Positions 1 to 11,339 of a DNA stretch of 64,000 nucleotides are shown here, piece after piece (positions within the stretch are counted from its first letter, which is position 1; each line of letters begins with the position of its first letter). The notes below the pieces were generated by a model. It worked only from the letters and a program-made list of their open reading frames with translations, had not been told where the DNA came from and did no database searches. A program made the translations under genes and the position numbers. The stretch comes from Raillietiella orientalis (lineage: Eukaryota): assembly GCA_036172245.1 (NCBI GenBank), contig JAYWIR010000009.1:1674001-1738000 (forward strand), in the 5' to 3' direction.

Positions 1-694
1 GGGCGAGAGGTGCACCCGTGCAGAAAATCTGCCTTTTTCAGGCTCCGCTCATCCATGTTCACCTCCATGCATAGGTCCACCTTGACCAACTCTGTGTGCG
101 TCTCCATCTTAGCTAAGGTAAGATTAAAATGCACGCGAAAACTTGATCTTCGCCCAGCGCGATGCCCGCGCAGTTTGCTACATCTGGGGATTCCTCTTGC
201 ACACTTCTCACCGCACGTGGACTGGCGCTTCTGTCTTTCTCGGAAAAAAGGATCCGTTCATCTTTCATCACCCCTGGAAGAGCAACTCCGAAATTTCAGT
301 GATGTCCACTTATTCATATGATTGCTGTAATGGTTTCCGCGTTCCCCCTTCCCTCCCCTCTGAACATCTCTGACGGTGGGAACTTCTACGCTTCTCTTCG
401 CCGTGCACGAAAATCGGGAGTCGCCTTTTCCCCGGGAAGGATGATCACTTGCTTCCCCCATCCTTTCCGGATGCACCGCTTGTACACGACTCTTTTGCTC
501 AGATGGCCCGCCGGACTCTCCAAGCGAAGCGCGCGGCTTAATCAGCTGACTGGGAAGCGAGCCACCTCCTCTGGGCGCCCCAGATCTTTTGATGGATTCG
601 CTGCGAGTGACAGTGGAGTAATGCGATAGGTCGCTCTTCCCTCTGGAATGCCGGCAATCCTCGACGAAGCTCGAAGCGCATTACCTCTTTTTTA

Positions 695-960
695 GGAGAG
701 ATGGACGGCGGAATGAGACGCAGCCCAGTAGGATGGATGGTTCAACACACCCGGTCACGCCGGGACGTTTATTATAAAAATAATAAACATACATAGGTAG
801 GGCCATCGACCCTACATTGTCCGAAAATGCTCGGAACCTGCAGAGTAACCGGCGCGCGGGTCGGCGAGGTTCGCCTCGGCAGCAGAGGAGAAGGGGGCAA
901 ACAGAAAAAAAATAAAATGAAAGTCAGTAAAAAGGAAACCCATGGGGGCGCGGGAAAGGA
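695..960 (-). repeat. LTR-like dispersed repeat, copy 1
   Basis: CCCGGTCACGCCGGGACGTTTATTATAAAAATAATAAAC and GGGCCATCGA are shared with 61770-62150; AATAAA on the - strand. Confidence 0.45.
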
Positions 961-2520
961 TTACCGTCCACTGGAGGGCGTCCTCTGCATCCTTTCCAGG
1001 ATGCAGGCAAGTTCTATCCGAGGATACCCCAAGTGGGACTATCTAGCTGCCGTCCGCAGGAAGTGCAGAGCGAAGCAAATGGCGTCCCCCTATCTTGCCG
1101 TTCTCCTCTCGCGTAGCTCCAGGCGGCCGCAATCCCACGTAGGCAGCAAAGAGCTGCTGGCGATGCGACAGGCGAAAAGGCATCGCGCACGAAGAGGCGC
1201 TTCATCGCGTCCCTAGGGCTGTCCGTCGGTGCACGAAGGTCGTTGCGTAACGCAACTACAGGGGCCGGAGGGTAGTCTACGAGCAGGCGCGAGAGGGATT
1301 CCCGTTCCCCGCACCTCCAGCAGTTGGGGTCCACAGCCCGCAAGGTCCAGAGCGTTGCACGGGAGACCTCAGTTCAACAGCAGAAGTGCCGATTCCTGCC
1401 ACTTCAGGAGGAGGGCCCGGCTTCAGCGCTGGGTGCCACTCGAGGTCTTCCTTTAGGATTCCCAGCAGCAGCTCACCGCAGTCCCTTCGGTCGGGCACTT
1501 GGAGTCGCAGCGTTCGTGAGCTGGCTCGTGGTCCAACCGCCTAATTCCTTCGCTCTTCCACCGATCCCACATCGGACCTCGCATTGGGCTGGCTGATTCC
1601 TGTTCAGGTGCTTCCTGAGGGAGGGCAACGCCGCCCCGTCTGAATAGGTTCTTTGCGCTCGAGCACACGCGGTGGGCTGCCAGACGACGTCCTGCTGCGA
1701 GCGGTTGTTGTAGAAGGAGGGCAGCAGTCGCTGCCGCATCTCCGGGATCGCTTCTTTATTCTTGGCCCGGTGCGAACAGTTTCCTTCAACCAGGCACTAC
1801 CGTTCACGGGATGGATAGTGGTGCCAGGGCGGTGATTTTGAATACGAAGTGGCTGGCTGGATCGCGGCGGAAAATCCGGCAGACCACCCGGTGCTCCATG
1901 CAGCGACCTGAAGAGCGCCAGCGAGTGGAGATGGAGCCACGGCGCGAGCTCCCTTCTGAATGATTTCACTTGGAAATTCCACAATTCGCGTTCCCACCAT
2001 TCGTCAATCGTCCAGGTGCGTGCACCTGGACGCTGAAGTGCGGTGATGCTGTTCTCCTGGAAACCTACACCACCAAGTGCTTCTGAAGCCTAACAGCTCC
2101 TTGACAGGAGTGGACAAGCGCCGGAAAGCACCACTGAGATGCGCTGACTGATGGGAGAGTCCAGCACTCTGAAATTCTGACATTCCTTGTGGGGGAAGCG
2201 AAAATTACAAGGGTGAGAAAAGAATCCTGAATTCACAAAAAAGGAGGAGGATGTCCTGAATTTTAATTTTCGCGGATCCTCCACCATGGGCAGGAGCAAG
2301 GACGACGTAGTTTTGGGGTCAGCACTGATGCATGAACCAAAAAAGTGAAGTCATCCATACCCTCACAGGACATGGATGACTTCACAATTTCTGTACAATG
2401 AAGATGAGAAAACTCAATTGAGTATACCCTGCACGTGCTCAGAACTTCCACAGTACGAAATGTGTACAACATTGGAGGACCTCGCAAGAGTTTTACTGTC
2501 TTTGCCTCGCAAGGACTTCG

Positions 2521-3390
2521 CCCGCGTTGGCGGCCTGTGGCTACGGCGGGCTCTGCGCGTGGCACCAAGAGTGCGGGTTCGAATCCCCACGCGGAGGATA
2601 GACGCCGGGAAATGGGGACTGCGTCGCGGGATTTCGAATCCGCCCCGAAAGATGACGCTGGCTGGCCTACAGGCTTGGGCGCTGCACCGGTGGAAGCCCG
2701 GAAATCGGATGCCCGATTGACTGGCCAGAATTGGGAGTCGACTGCCTCCGGCTTCGTTCCAGAAATCAAGTTGGTTCCCTTCGGGTCTCCCCTCCGGTTG
2801 AGAAAATGAAGATATTATTGGCCGGCCTTCTTATTCCACGATGGGGATGACCCTCCATCGCGTTCCACGGAGCTGGTCGATATTCCACTCGGGTAGTCAC
2901 CTCTGTTAAGAAAAGCGCTGTTCCCTTCGGAGTTCTCTTCGGAAGGAAAAAACAGGAGCGGTTCCCTTGCGCGGGTTCCTTACGGAGAAGAAACGATGGA
3001 GCAGCCTCCACAAACCGGGGGAAGAACGATGAAGAGGTTCTTTTCGGGGTTCCCATGCAGGAACAAGAGAAGAACGAACTCCTTCCTCTGGAGCTTTCCT
3101 GGATTCGTAGGGTGGTCCCCTCCCGTGGTACCCCCTATAACTTGAAGAGTGACACGTACCCTCGGGTGGCGTGGACGGTGTCAAAGAACGTGCTAAGCCC
3201 CCAATGGAGGCGAACGGTTCTTCAGCACTCCTGGAGATCTCCTTGGGAACTTTTTGGGTTCTTTGAGTACTTAGTGAACCAGAAAAAAAAAAGGAAAAAA
3301 AACTGGAAGGGAAACAGAGAAGACAGAAGAACCCAAGGAGGTTCCCATCGCCGCAAAAGGATTTTTTAAAATCGGAAACAGAATGAACCT
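2521..3390 (+). mobile_element. tRNA-derived SINE, same family (copy A)
   Basis: Starts CCCGCG; B-box GGTTCGAATCCC near 2577; body homologous to the other copies; GTACTTAGTGAACC plus A-run at about 3267-3303, then a shared extension. Confidence 0.8.
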
Positions 3391-6300
3391 TGAAATCTCC
3401 AAGACTACGTTCCTGTACCTTCTTCCCCTGTGGCACAGCGAAGAGGATGCCGCAGCTCTGTTGAGGAGCAATGGAAGCCGACAAAGTGCACACTTGGCAG
3501 GCAGAGGAACGAGTCGATTTCGTAGAGGCTGATCAGATTGATGCGTCCTGCAGATGTGAACACGGAATCCTGGGACAAACGCCCTGCAGATCAGTCGGGA
3601 GGATCTCCTCAGAGCGCGAAGTGTTTCGGGGAATGCAACTCTGCCGCGGACTGAACGGTATTGCATGACCACGAGCCGCTTCCTCGATGGCAGCGAACCA
3701 CAAAGGTTTTGGGGTGCAGGCGGCGGGCGCATCGTGCCTCGGGAGGAATTCGCGCTCCCAGCTCGCACCCTCTTCGCCAAGAGATCGAAACTCAGGTCAA
3801 AGCAGATTTCGGATGCCATGGTGGCAGGTGCCAATTTAGGCTCAGCGTTCAGTAAAATAAAACCACAGCACGAGAACTCTCAGCCTGCATACGGAGTATA
3901 GGGAGGTCAAGTCTCAAGAAATCAGATCACAGGTGGCCCTCACCGTCACGGGGACCTTTTCAGGCCTTCCTTTTCTTCCCGAACATGGGCGTCGAGTATC
4001 TTCCGGAGAATTCTTCAGCAGCAGGGTGATGCTCTGCTGGCTGGAGGGAGCTGAAAAAATTGATGACCGAACCCACCGCGAGGCAAAAGCTCTCACACAT
4101 CCTCATTCGGCTAATGGCTTCCGAGGACGAAGCTTTTTCACGGAGCCCATGGTGAGAAGACGAACCTGGAGAAGGAGGTGCTCTAATTCCACAGCTGGCT
4201 CCTTACACAAACTCTACTATGAATGGAATTGCTGTTGCTACAAGTCCACGTCTCCGCTGTGCTCGTGAAACTACAGGAAAGACAGTGGCAAGGATACGAG
4301 ACCCGCCTGATGCTAACAGAGCCAACATCGAGTCATCACTTGTCAGCTGAGAGAAATTTATTGACGCTACGTTGACAGTCACGTGAAAATTCGCCTTCAC
4401 GAAATCTCAGGACTTCCGTGCAAGAGCGGGGCAGAGGACTTTTGAAAAGGCTTCTCTTCGTTTCCTCGTCTGGCTCCAGAGAGTAGCACCAGTGCTCCTG
4501 AGGAATCTCTTCGCTCGTGGAAAGAACAGGCAATAGAGTGCGTTCAACTCTGGACTTGTGCCCTCAGAACTCGGAGTGGCTGGGTCAGGAACATGCTCAA
4601 GGATGAGCGCCCCTTCAGTGCCCCCCCGATCCCAGCTCACTGAAGCATCGTCAGTCAGCAGCTTAGTACGACGTCGCCATGTGCACTGTGAACTCTTCGT
4701 TCTTGCTTTTTACACTAGGAAGGTTGAGTCACTCTTTCTGTGTCTCCTTCTAGCTCTGCTTGCTCGAGTCTGCGTCCATCTCAGGGAGGCCAAACATCCG
4801 TTCTCTCATTTTCTTCTTCTTCTTCTTCCGGGAATGGGGTGTAATGGGATGGAAATGAGGTAGAATACTTTTCATGCGCGACTCAGCTGTCGTGTTGTAC
4901 TATCTATTGAAGTGGGAAGGCAACCCGTTTTAGGAATGTACTGCCCAGAGAACCGTTGAGGTCTCCGTTTGAGTTCCTGCATGGCTAACAGGGAATGGTC
5001 ACTGGTATCCTAACATCTCCGAGGTAGACACCAACTCTGGAGAATTTTTTAAAGATCGAACTGGCCAAGATAGCTTGTTCAAATGTTTATGAAATTGCCA
5101 CTGATGCTGCCAATCCCAAGGACGTTTTCGCTTTGATTTCCCATCCAACGTCATTGAAAACAAATCACGCTGCAGCCTTGGAAAAAACGCAAACGAAAGT
5201 CTTATTTTTGATCTCTTCCACCTTTAACTGGATATGTTCCTGATCACATTCACCATCTCACTGGAATCGACTTAGAAAATCGAAAATGATACCCCTTTTG
5301 AAAGGTCTTTGGTGTCCTTGGTGAATTTGCCTTGAGTCCTACTTACGATCTAGTCTTAAATTCAGTTTTCTGATTCCAGTAATTCCAGGACCATGGATTG
5401 AAATACCATACTTCCCGAGAAATCTGAGAATAAGCACCTTCTCTGTATCATTGGAGCGGTACGCCAGTTCTCGACTCTGCTGTGCTCCTTGCTCCTCACG
5501 GTGAGTGCCTTCCGCTCCCTTCCCCAATCATGATGGAGGGCAATTTCCTAAACGAAAAGAGGAAGCCTATTCCAGAATGCATCCCGGAACGCGTTCCAGG
5601 GAGAAGCATTTAATACATCTCAGTCCTGGAAGGAATTTGTTTCACACCCTGATTCACCAGTCGATTAATCAACGGTAACCAGATGGAAGAGGAAACCCTA
5701 GCTAGAAGGTATCCTGGAAATCCCTGTTTGCTTGACAGACTGCAAAGTTTGTGTCGGAGCATCCAGCGGCAAGGCACCGAAGGCAGCAGCAAGCTGATGA
5801 GGATGATGGCATTGCAAAAAAAGAGGTTGAAGCTGCCGTTCTATAAATACGCATCTCTTTCCTGATTTAGCACGGTGATGTGGCCATTCATTACCGTATT
5901 TGCTGCTTGGAAGTTGTAGTTGTAGTGGTAACGAACTGTCTTACGACCCTCCGTTCCGGAATTTTCGGATTCGAGTTAGAACCACGAAAGGTCAGCTGTT
6001 CTACGATTCTGGTCCGTTCCATCCAAAATTGCAGCCGCTTTTGGGTTCCTGCTTCACCTGAAGAACTGGAGCCTATGGGACGAAGGTCACAAGCTCTGTA
6101 GATTGGGACTTTTGGTTGCACGGTCCACTTCGAAACGGCTACCCGGGAAAACTAGGAGTTGCTAGCCGCCAACAGACTTTTCAGGGAACAAACTCCACGC
6201 CTAAGGAAGCTGAGCTGCTTTGGTCCTGGAATTTGGTCTGGAAAACGGTCCTGGTGAGCTAGGGTGAAGGGAACTGTGTCGTACCGCACGTTTCCTGACC

Positions 6301-7239
6301 TTGAGAGCATCAGCAGCAGCCTTGAAGGAGGAAGACAGACGAAGGCGAACAAGCACTGTAAGAACAAGCAGATAAGGAAAGCCATCAAACACGAGTTCAA
6401 AACGAGGAGAACCATCAAAGCTTATCTTCTGCAACATTTCCAGCTGATGAAAGCGGAAGCAAGTCAGCTACTACAAGAGGCAAAGGAGGCTCAGAGTCAG
6501 ACAGGATCGTGATGAGAGCCACGAGCGAATAAGGTCTCCCTTCTCTATCCAATTCCGGAAATGAGGGGAAGGAAGACACAGTGGTATTCCTGCGAAGAAG
6601 GAAGGGAGGGTCGAGTAGAGTAGCTCTTCTGGGGAAATGTTCAAGCCCAGTTTGAGGAGTCCTTGTGTCCTGGTGCTCAAGCCAGCCAAAGTCACATGGT
6701 GGGAAGATCTGAAAATACACCACCTCCAAAAAGACGGGAATATTGGAAGTCTCCTGGCTTTTGGCGCCTGACCACTTGCGAATTGCAATCAGGGATCGCG
6801 ACATTGCTTTTCTGGTGCAATGCACCGTGTTCCCACTGCACGCAGTCAGTTCTTCGATACAATACAAGCGCCCTGCAGCAGCATCTCTTCGAGCCAATGA
6901 AGGGAAGCTGGTCTGGAAGACATTCTGATCCTGTCGAGTGAATTCGTGGCTGCTTTCGAAACCAAGCGAGTTTCTTCTTCTTCCGCGTCTGAAGAATGAA
7001 CATGGAGGAAGTACCCCGGTGTGCAGACGAATGACCTCTCCCTCTGCCGGCACGTTTGACTGAAAAGAGGCCACGGGATGGTTTGCCCTCTAACCAGGCA
7101 CATCACAGATCTCCCGCATCTGATTAATCATGCAGCTGCCGATGGATAGCGGAGAGAAGGGCAGAGCAGTGGAGTTCCTGGAAAAGGACGGAGGACTGCA
7201 ACCTGGTGTGTCTGTTCTGCAACACCGGGACGTTTATTG

Positions 7240-7750
7240 CAGCCATTTAAAGGATGCAACAGGGACGAAGACGGCTCTCTCCTGAAAGAGGATCGGAACG
7301 GAAGACACCTACTCAGAGCTCCACTCACAGAGTGGGCTGGTTCCCCAAAGGGTAAGAGACAGTACATACACACAAAGGGAGTTGTACAGGATTGTTTTCC
7401 TCCTGAGGCATTTCACTATGCGGACCACACCTTTCCTCTCCTTCGCTTTTAGTTAGGGCCACACGACGTCTCGAAGCACCATAAATAGTCGTCAGGAGTA
7501 TGGCTTCCCTGACTTCTCATAGGTCTTTCCATCCCTCCATCTTGCTACCACAGCAGAGAGTGTCGCGGAGATGTAGAGTGGGCGCCGCAGAGGTCCCCAT
7601 GCAGTGCCCGGGACAAGAAGACGTTGTGCGACCTCAGTTTTTAGAAGGAGGTGACCGTGTGTTTTCAGCCGGAGTCCGGCTGAAAACACATCATGGAAGG
7701 TCGAGGAAGACACATGCAGGCGCTCTTCCAGCGGAAGTTCCTTCCGACAA
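7240..7750 (+). mobile_element. Decayed Ty3/gypsy-like RT fragment
   Basis: Degenerate motifs in the expected order: PLTEWAGSPKGK (like SEWASP), ADHTFPLLRF (like DxYPLPRI), VFSAGVRLKT (like AGLxLKxEKC); contains stops. Confidence 0.4.
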
Positions 7751-10700
7751 CAACAACAGTCGTCTGCGCTGCAGCCTTTGGCCTTCCTTTGCCCCGTCGC
7801 AGGGAACGGCCAGCAACGGCAAGAGGGAAATTCGGGAGCTGAAAAACCGGGTGCGCCAACGCGCGCCTCGCCTAAGCATCTTTCATCAAAGAGATGGTTG
7901 GGTGGCAACTGCAACCAGTGTGGGGAGAAGACGTGGGCAGAAAATGCAACCGTTTCTTCAGTTGTTTCATTTTTTTTTTCCCCTAGCAACGAATAAAGAG
8001 ACCCTTGCGTCCTAGAGAAGAACTGTTCCCACCCTGCAGATCCCACTCTTGGCCCTGACCCGTCTTTTTCATTCGGGGCGCTTGCCGTGGGCGCCGGACG
8101 GGTTGTCAGCTTCCCCGGGGACTCTGTGAAGATTCTGGAGCTGCGTATCTCCACTGAGCCTGCTGAGGCACGGCGTCGGAGTTGCGCGCTGCGCCCCAGT
8201 GCGACTTCCGCATGCTCCAGCGCTAGTGCCCGGGACGGACGCGAAACGGGGCCTGCGGGGGAGCGAGATGTGCAGGGGGCGGGAGGTGCTGGAGACGCGA
8301 CTTTACGCTGGCACATGCGGCAGGTGACCTTCGACACGTGCGTTTGCGACGACGGGAATGGCGCTGCCATCGCCCACCTTCCTCATCTTCGCCTCGAAGA
8401 TCTATTTCCGGCCTACTTGGGGCCACGATCTTTTTCGCCGTTGGGTCCTATTGTGCAGAGAGCGCCACCACGCTTATGCGAATTTTCCAGTCCGGTCTGG
8501 AAAGGGCAGAGTCGGCACGCCCAATTCGGAGATGCATGCCCTTCCTCCTCCAGGGAATCCGCTTTCCCATGGGGGCCAAAGGATCGCGGAAGTGGAACGG
8601 GGGGAGGGACCGGGGAAGAAAAAAGAGAAGAAGAAAAACAAGTCATGACTTGACCTGGTTCTCTTCTGGGCACCTCGAACCCATCGGCAACAATGCCGAG
8701 AAAGCCGAGTGTCATGAAGCTCGACTCCCCACGAGCCACGTGCCCTCCCACCTTCTCCGCCATGCCGGGAGACCCGGAACCCACGCGGGGTCATCAGGAT
8801 TTCCGGGCCTAGTGAAAGGGTTTGCCTTCGCTTGACGACACGACGATGACGCCTTCCGTTGGTGTCGGCAGTGAAGATGGTGATGGTCAATTCCAGACCA
8901 GGACGTCCTTCCCGCTTCCATTTTCGCAACAGTTCCTTTGGACCTCGAATGCGGTACTGCTGCTCTCTCCAGTGCGTCCTCTGACAGACAGGAACGAAGA
9001 AGAGGCTGAAAAGTCCTCCCCAGCGTCCCAACCCCTTCCCTTCCGTTCGCCGAGCGCCCGGGCTTCGTCAGCGTCCGTTTTGTGACTCCCGCGCCAGAGG
9101 TGCGCCCACCGTGTTGCGCTTGACTCCGCTTCGTCCAGCAGGCTCGTATTCGTGGTGGCGACCGCGGGACGCCGACTGAGGGGAATGGCGGCGCAGCTCT
9201 CTTCTAGGTGGTCACGGAGAGCTCCTTTTCCCCTAGAGAGCCACTGTGGTTGGGTGGTTGTGGGCTCCCGGCCTCGTCAGCAGGCCCCGCTTCCTGGGGC
9301 GCTACCGGATGCAGGGGCCGGTGCGTTCCACATGTTCCCTCGGACCGTCCTGGGTATTTTCCACCCTGCGGACCAAGGGGGAGAGGGGCGAAGCTGGAAG
9401 GCAAGCTGCCATCTCGGGGACGGGGTTCATAGGAAAATGTTTTTAAGAAACATTTTAAACAAATTTTTGCAAGTTCCTCCTCCTCTCGGGAGCGCCAGGG
9501 GAGAGTCTGCGAGATCGCGCGCTCGGGCGGAAACGCTATGCCTTCCGGCTCGGCCTTCAGAGGCAGCATCCGTCTCCAGGGAGACGTGGCTTGCGCATTA
9601 GCCGGGGATAGTGGGCCTCGGGGCGTGAGGCGGCGGTGCCGCCGCAACCTTCGGACTTCTGACCCTAAGAAGGGTCTTCAAGACAGGGAGCGACTGGACG
9701 CTGGGGTATTCCCCTTCTCGCTCCAGGGATTCCGCGCCACCCTCCCGTGGACGCCCCTTCTCCTCATGGCAATCCCCAAAAGGCCCTTCCTAGCCGTAAG
9801 CTCCCCTATGAGCCCACGCGCAGCAATTTTTGGCTGCTCCTTGACCTATTTCTGCGTTTCCGATTCCAGGATGAACGCAGCTCCTGGTTTCCCGGCAGGC
9901 TGCCAGAGAGCGCGCGTGCGCCCGGTCAGAGCCAGGCCGGCCCCTCCCTCCTCCTCTCTTCCCTTCCGTTCCCCGTCGCGCCCCTTGTTCCCTCTCCCCC
10001 CTTCTTCCCTGGCGTTCCAGAGGAGGGAATACGGGCGCGCACCCGCGGCTTCCTTGCCCCGGCAGGAAAAGAGGGGATTTTTCGCCCCCGCCGGGGAGCT
10101 GCCAAGGAGCAGGGGGCTGGAGGATGAGGAAGGCGGTATTTTTCGCCCCCATCCCTGTTGATCTTCTCCCTGGTTTCCCCTCTTCCCCATTCTCCCCTCC
10201 CGTCCCATGACAGGGGAGTCCGACGCAAGAGCCGTCGCGTACCATCCGCCGCAGAGCCGGGAGCGCTGCGGAGCGCGCGACTATTTTTGACGTTCCCCGA
10301 CTACGCCAATCTAAATCGGGAACTGCCACCTATCCTCCCCGACCGCTTCCTGGACCCGCCCGTAGTTCCTCTCCAGCCGTTGTTCAGGTGATCTTCGTCC
10401 CGTCGTGACGGTAACGCTTCCCCGGACCAGCAATCCCGGTGAGTCCCCTTAGGTTGCTCGCGGCGTCGCGATCTTTCCGCCATCTTTCGGAAATCCCCCC
10501 TCCCATTCCTCCAATTCCCATTCCGTTCCAAGAGGAAGGGGCAGGAAAGAGGAGGAGTGGGAGGAGACAGGGGTGGGAACCCTTTTCCTACAGATCCTCT
10601 TCCCAGGAGGGAAGGAAGGGGTCTCCCTGGCGAGTTCCTCCTCCTCTCCGCACCTCTCTTCCCGCCGGACGCAGAACGGGGCGGGGAGAGGCGGTCGAGC

Positions 10701-11062
10701 GCACGGAACGTTCGCCTGCCTTCCCACCTTCCCAGAGGAACAGACAGTCGGGACGAAGGCGCTTTCCGAGGGACGCTCCCCTTACCCGTTTCTCCCCTTT
10801 TGTTGTTGTTCGCCGCCCCCGAACCTCCCTCTTTTTTTCTGTCGTCGCTTCCGGTAGGAAACGGGAGAAAAAGCGGGATGCCCCTTCTTCTCCTCCCCGG
10901 CGGGATCTCGCGAGCTAGCAGGAGGGGGAGAGGAAGAAGGGAGGAGGAGGAAGATGGGCGCAGGTGCGCGCGTTCATCCCCTCCGTGCGTTTCTGCCGCC
11001 GCGTCATCCCCTTTCAAAGGACGGGAGGGGAAAGGAAGGCGGGGGACTCACTCGACACCTGT

Positions 11063-11089
11063 GCCGCCGCCGCCGCCGCCGCCGCCGCC
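11063..11089 (+). repeat. (GCC)9 trinucleotide repeat upstream of the Zasp66-like ATG
   Basis: Read directly: gccgccgccgccgccgccgccgccgcc. Confidence 0.9.
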
Positions 11090-11222
11090 TCTCTCGAGAG
11101 GGCGTGGCGTCATCACCAAGGCCGCCCCCCCTCCCTCTCCTCCTACTCTCCTCCTTCTTTGCTTCCGCGCGCGCTCGCGCCGCCGCTGCTCCCGGTGCAC
11201 ACGACGCAGAGTCCCGGGGGAG

Positions 11223-11339
11223 ATGCCTGCCATCGCGGAGAGCACGGTGGTGTCCCTGCATCGGGAAGCCATCAGCGAGCCGTGGGGGTTTCGCCTGACG
11301 GGGGGCGTGGACCACCGCGAGCCCTTTCGCATCCGCAAG
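11223..11339 (+). CDS. Zasp66: Zasp66-like exon 1 (PDZ N-half)
   Basis: ATG at 11223; PWGFRLTGG; donor AAG|gtacgt. Confidence 0.9.
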
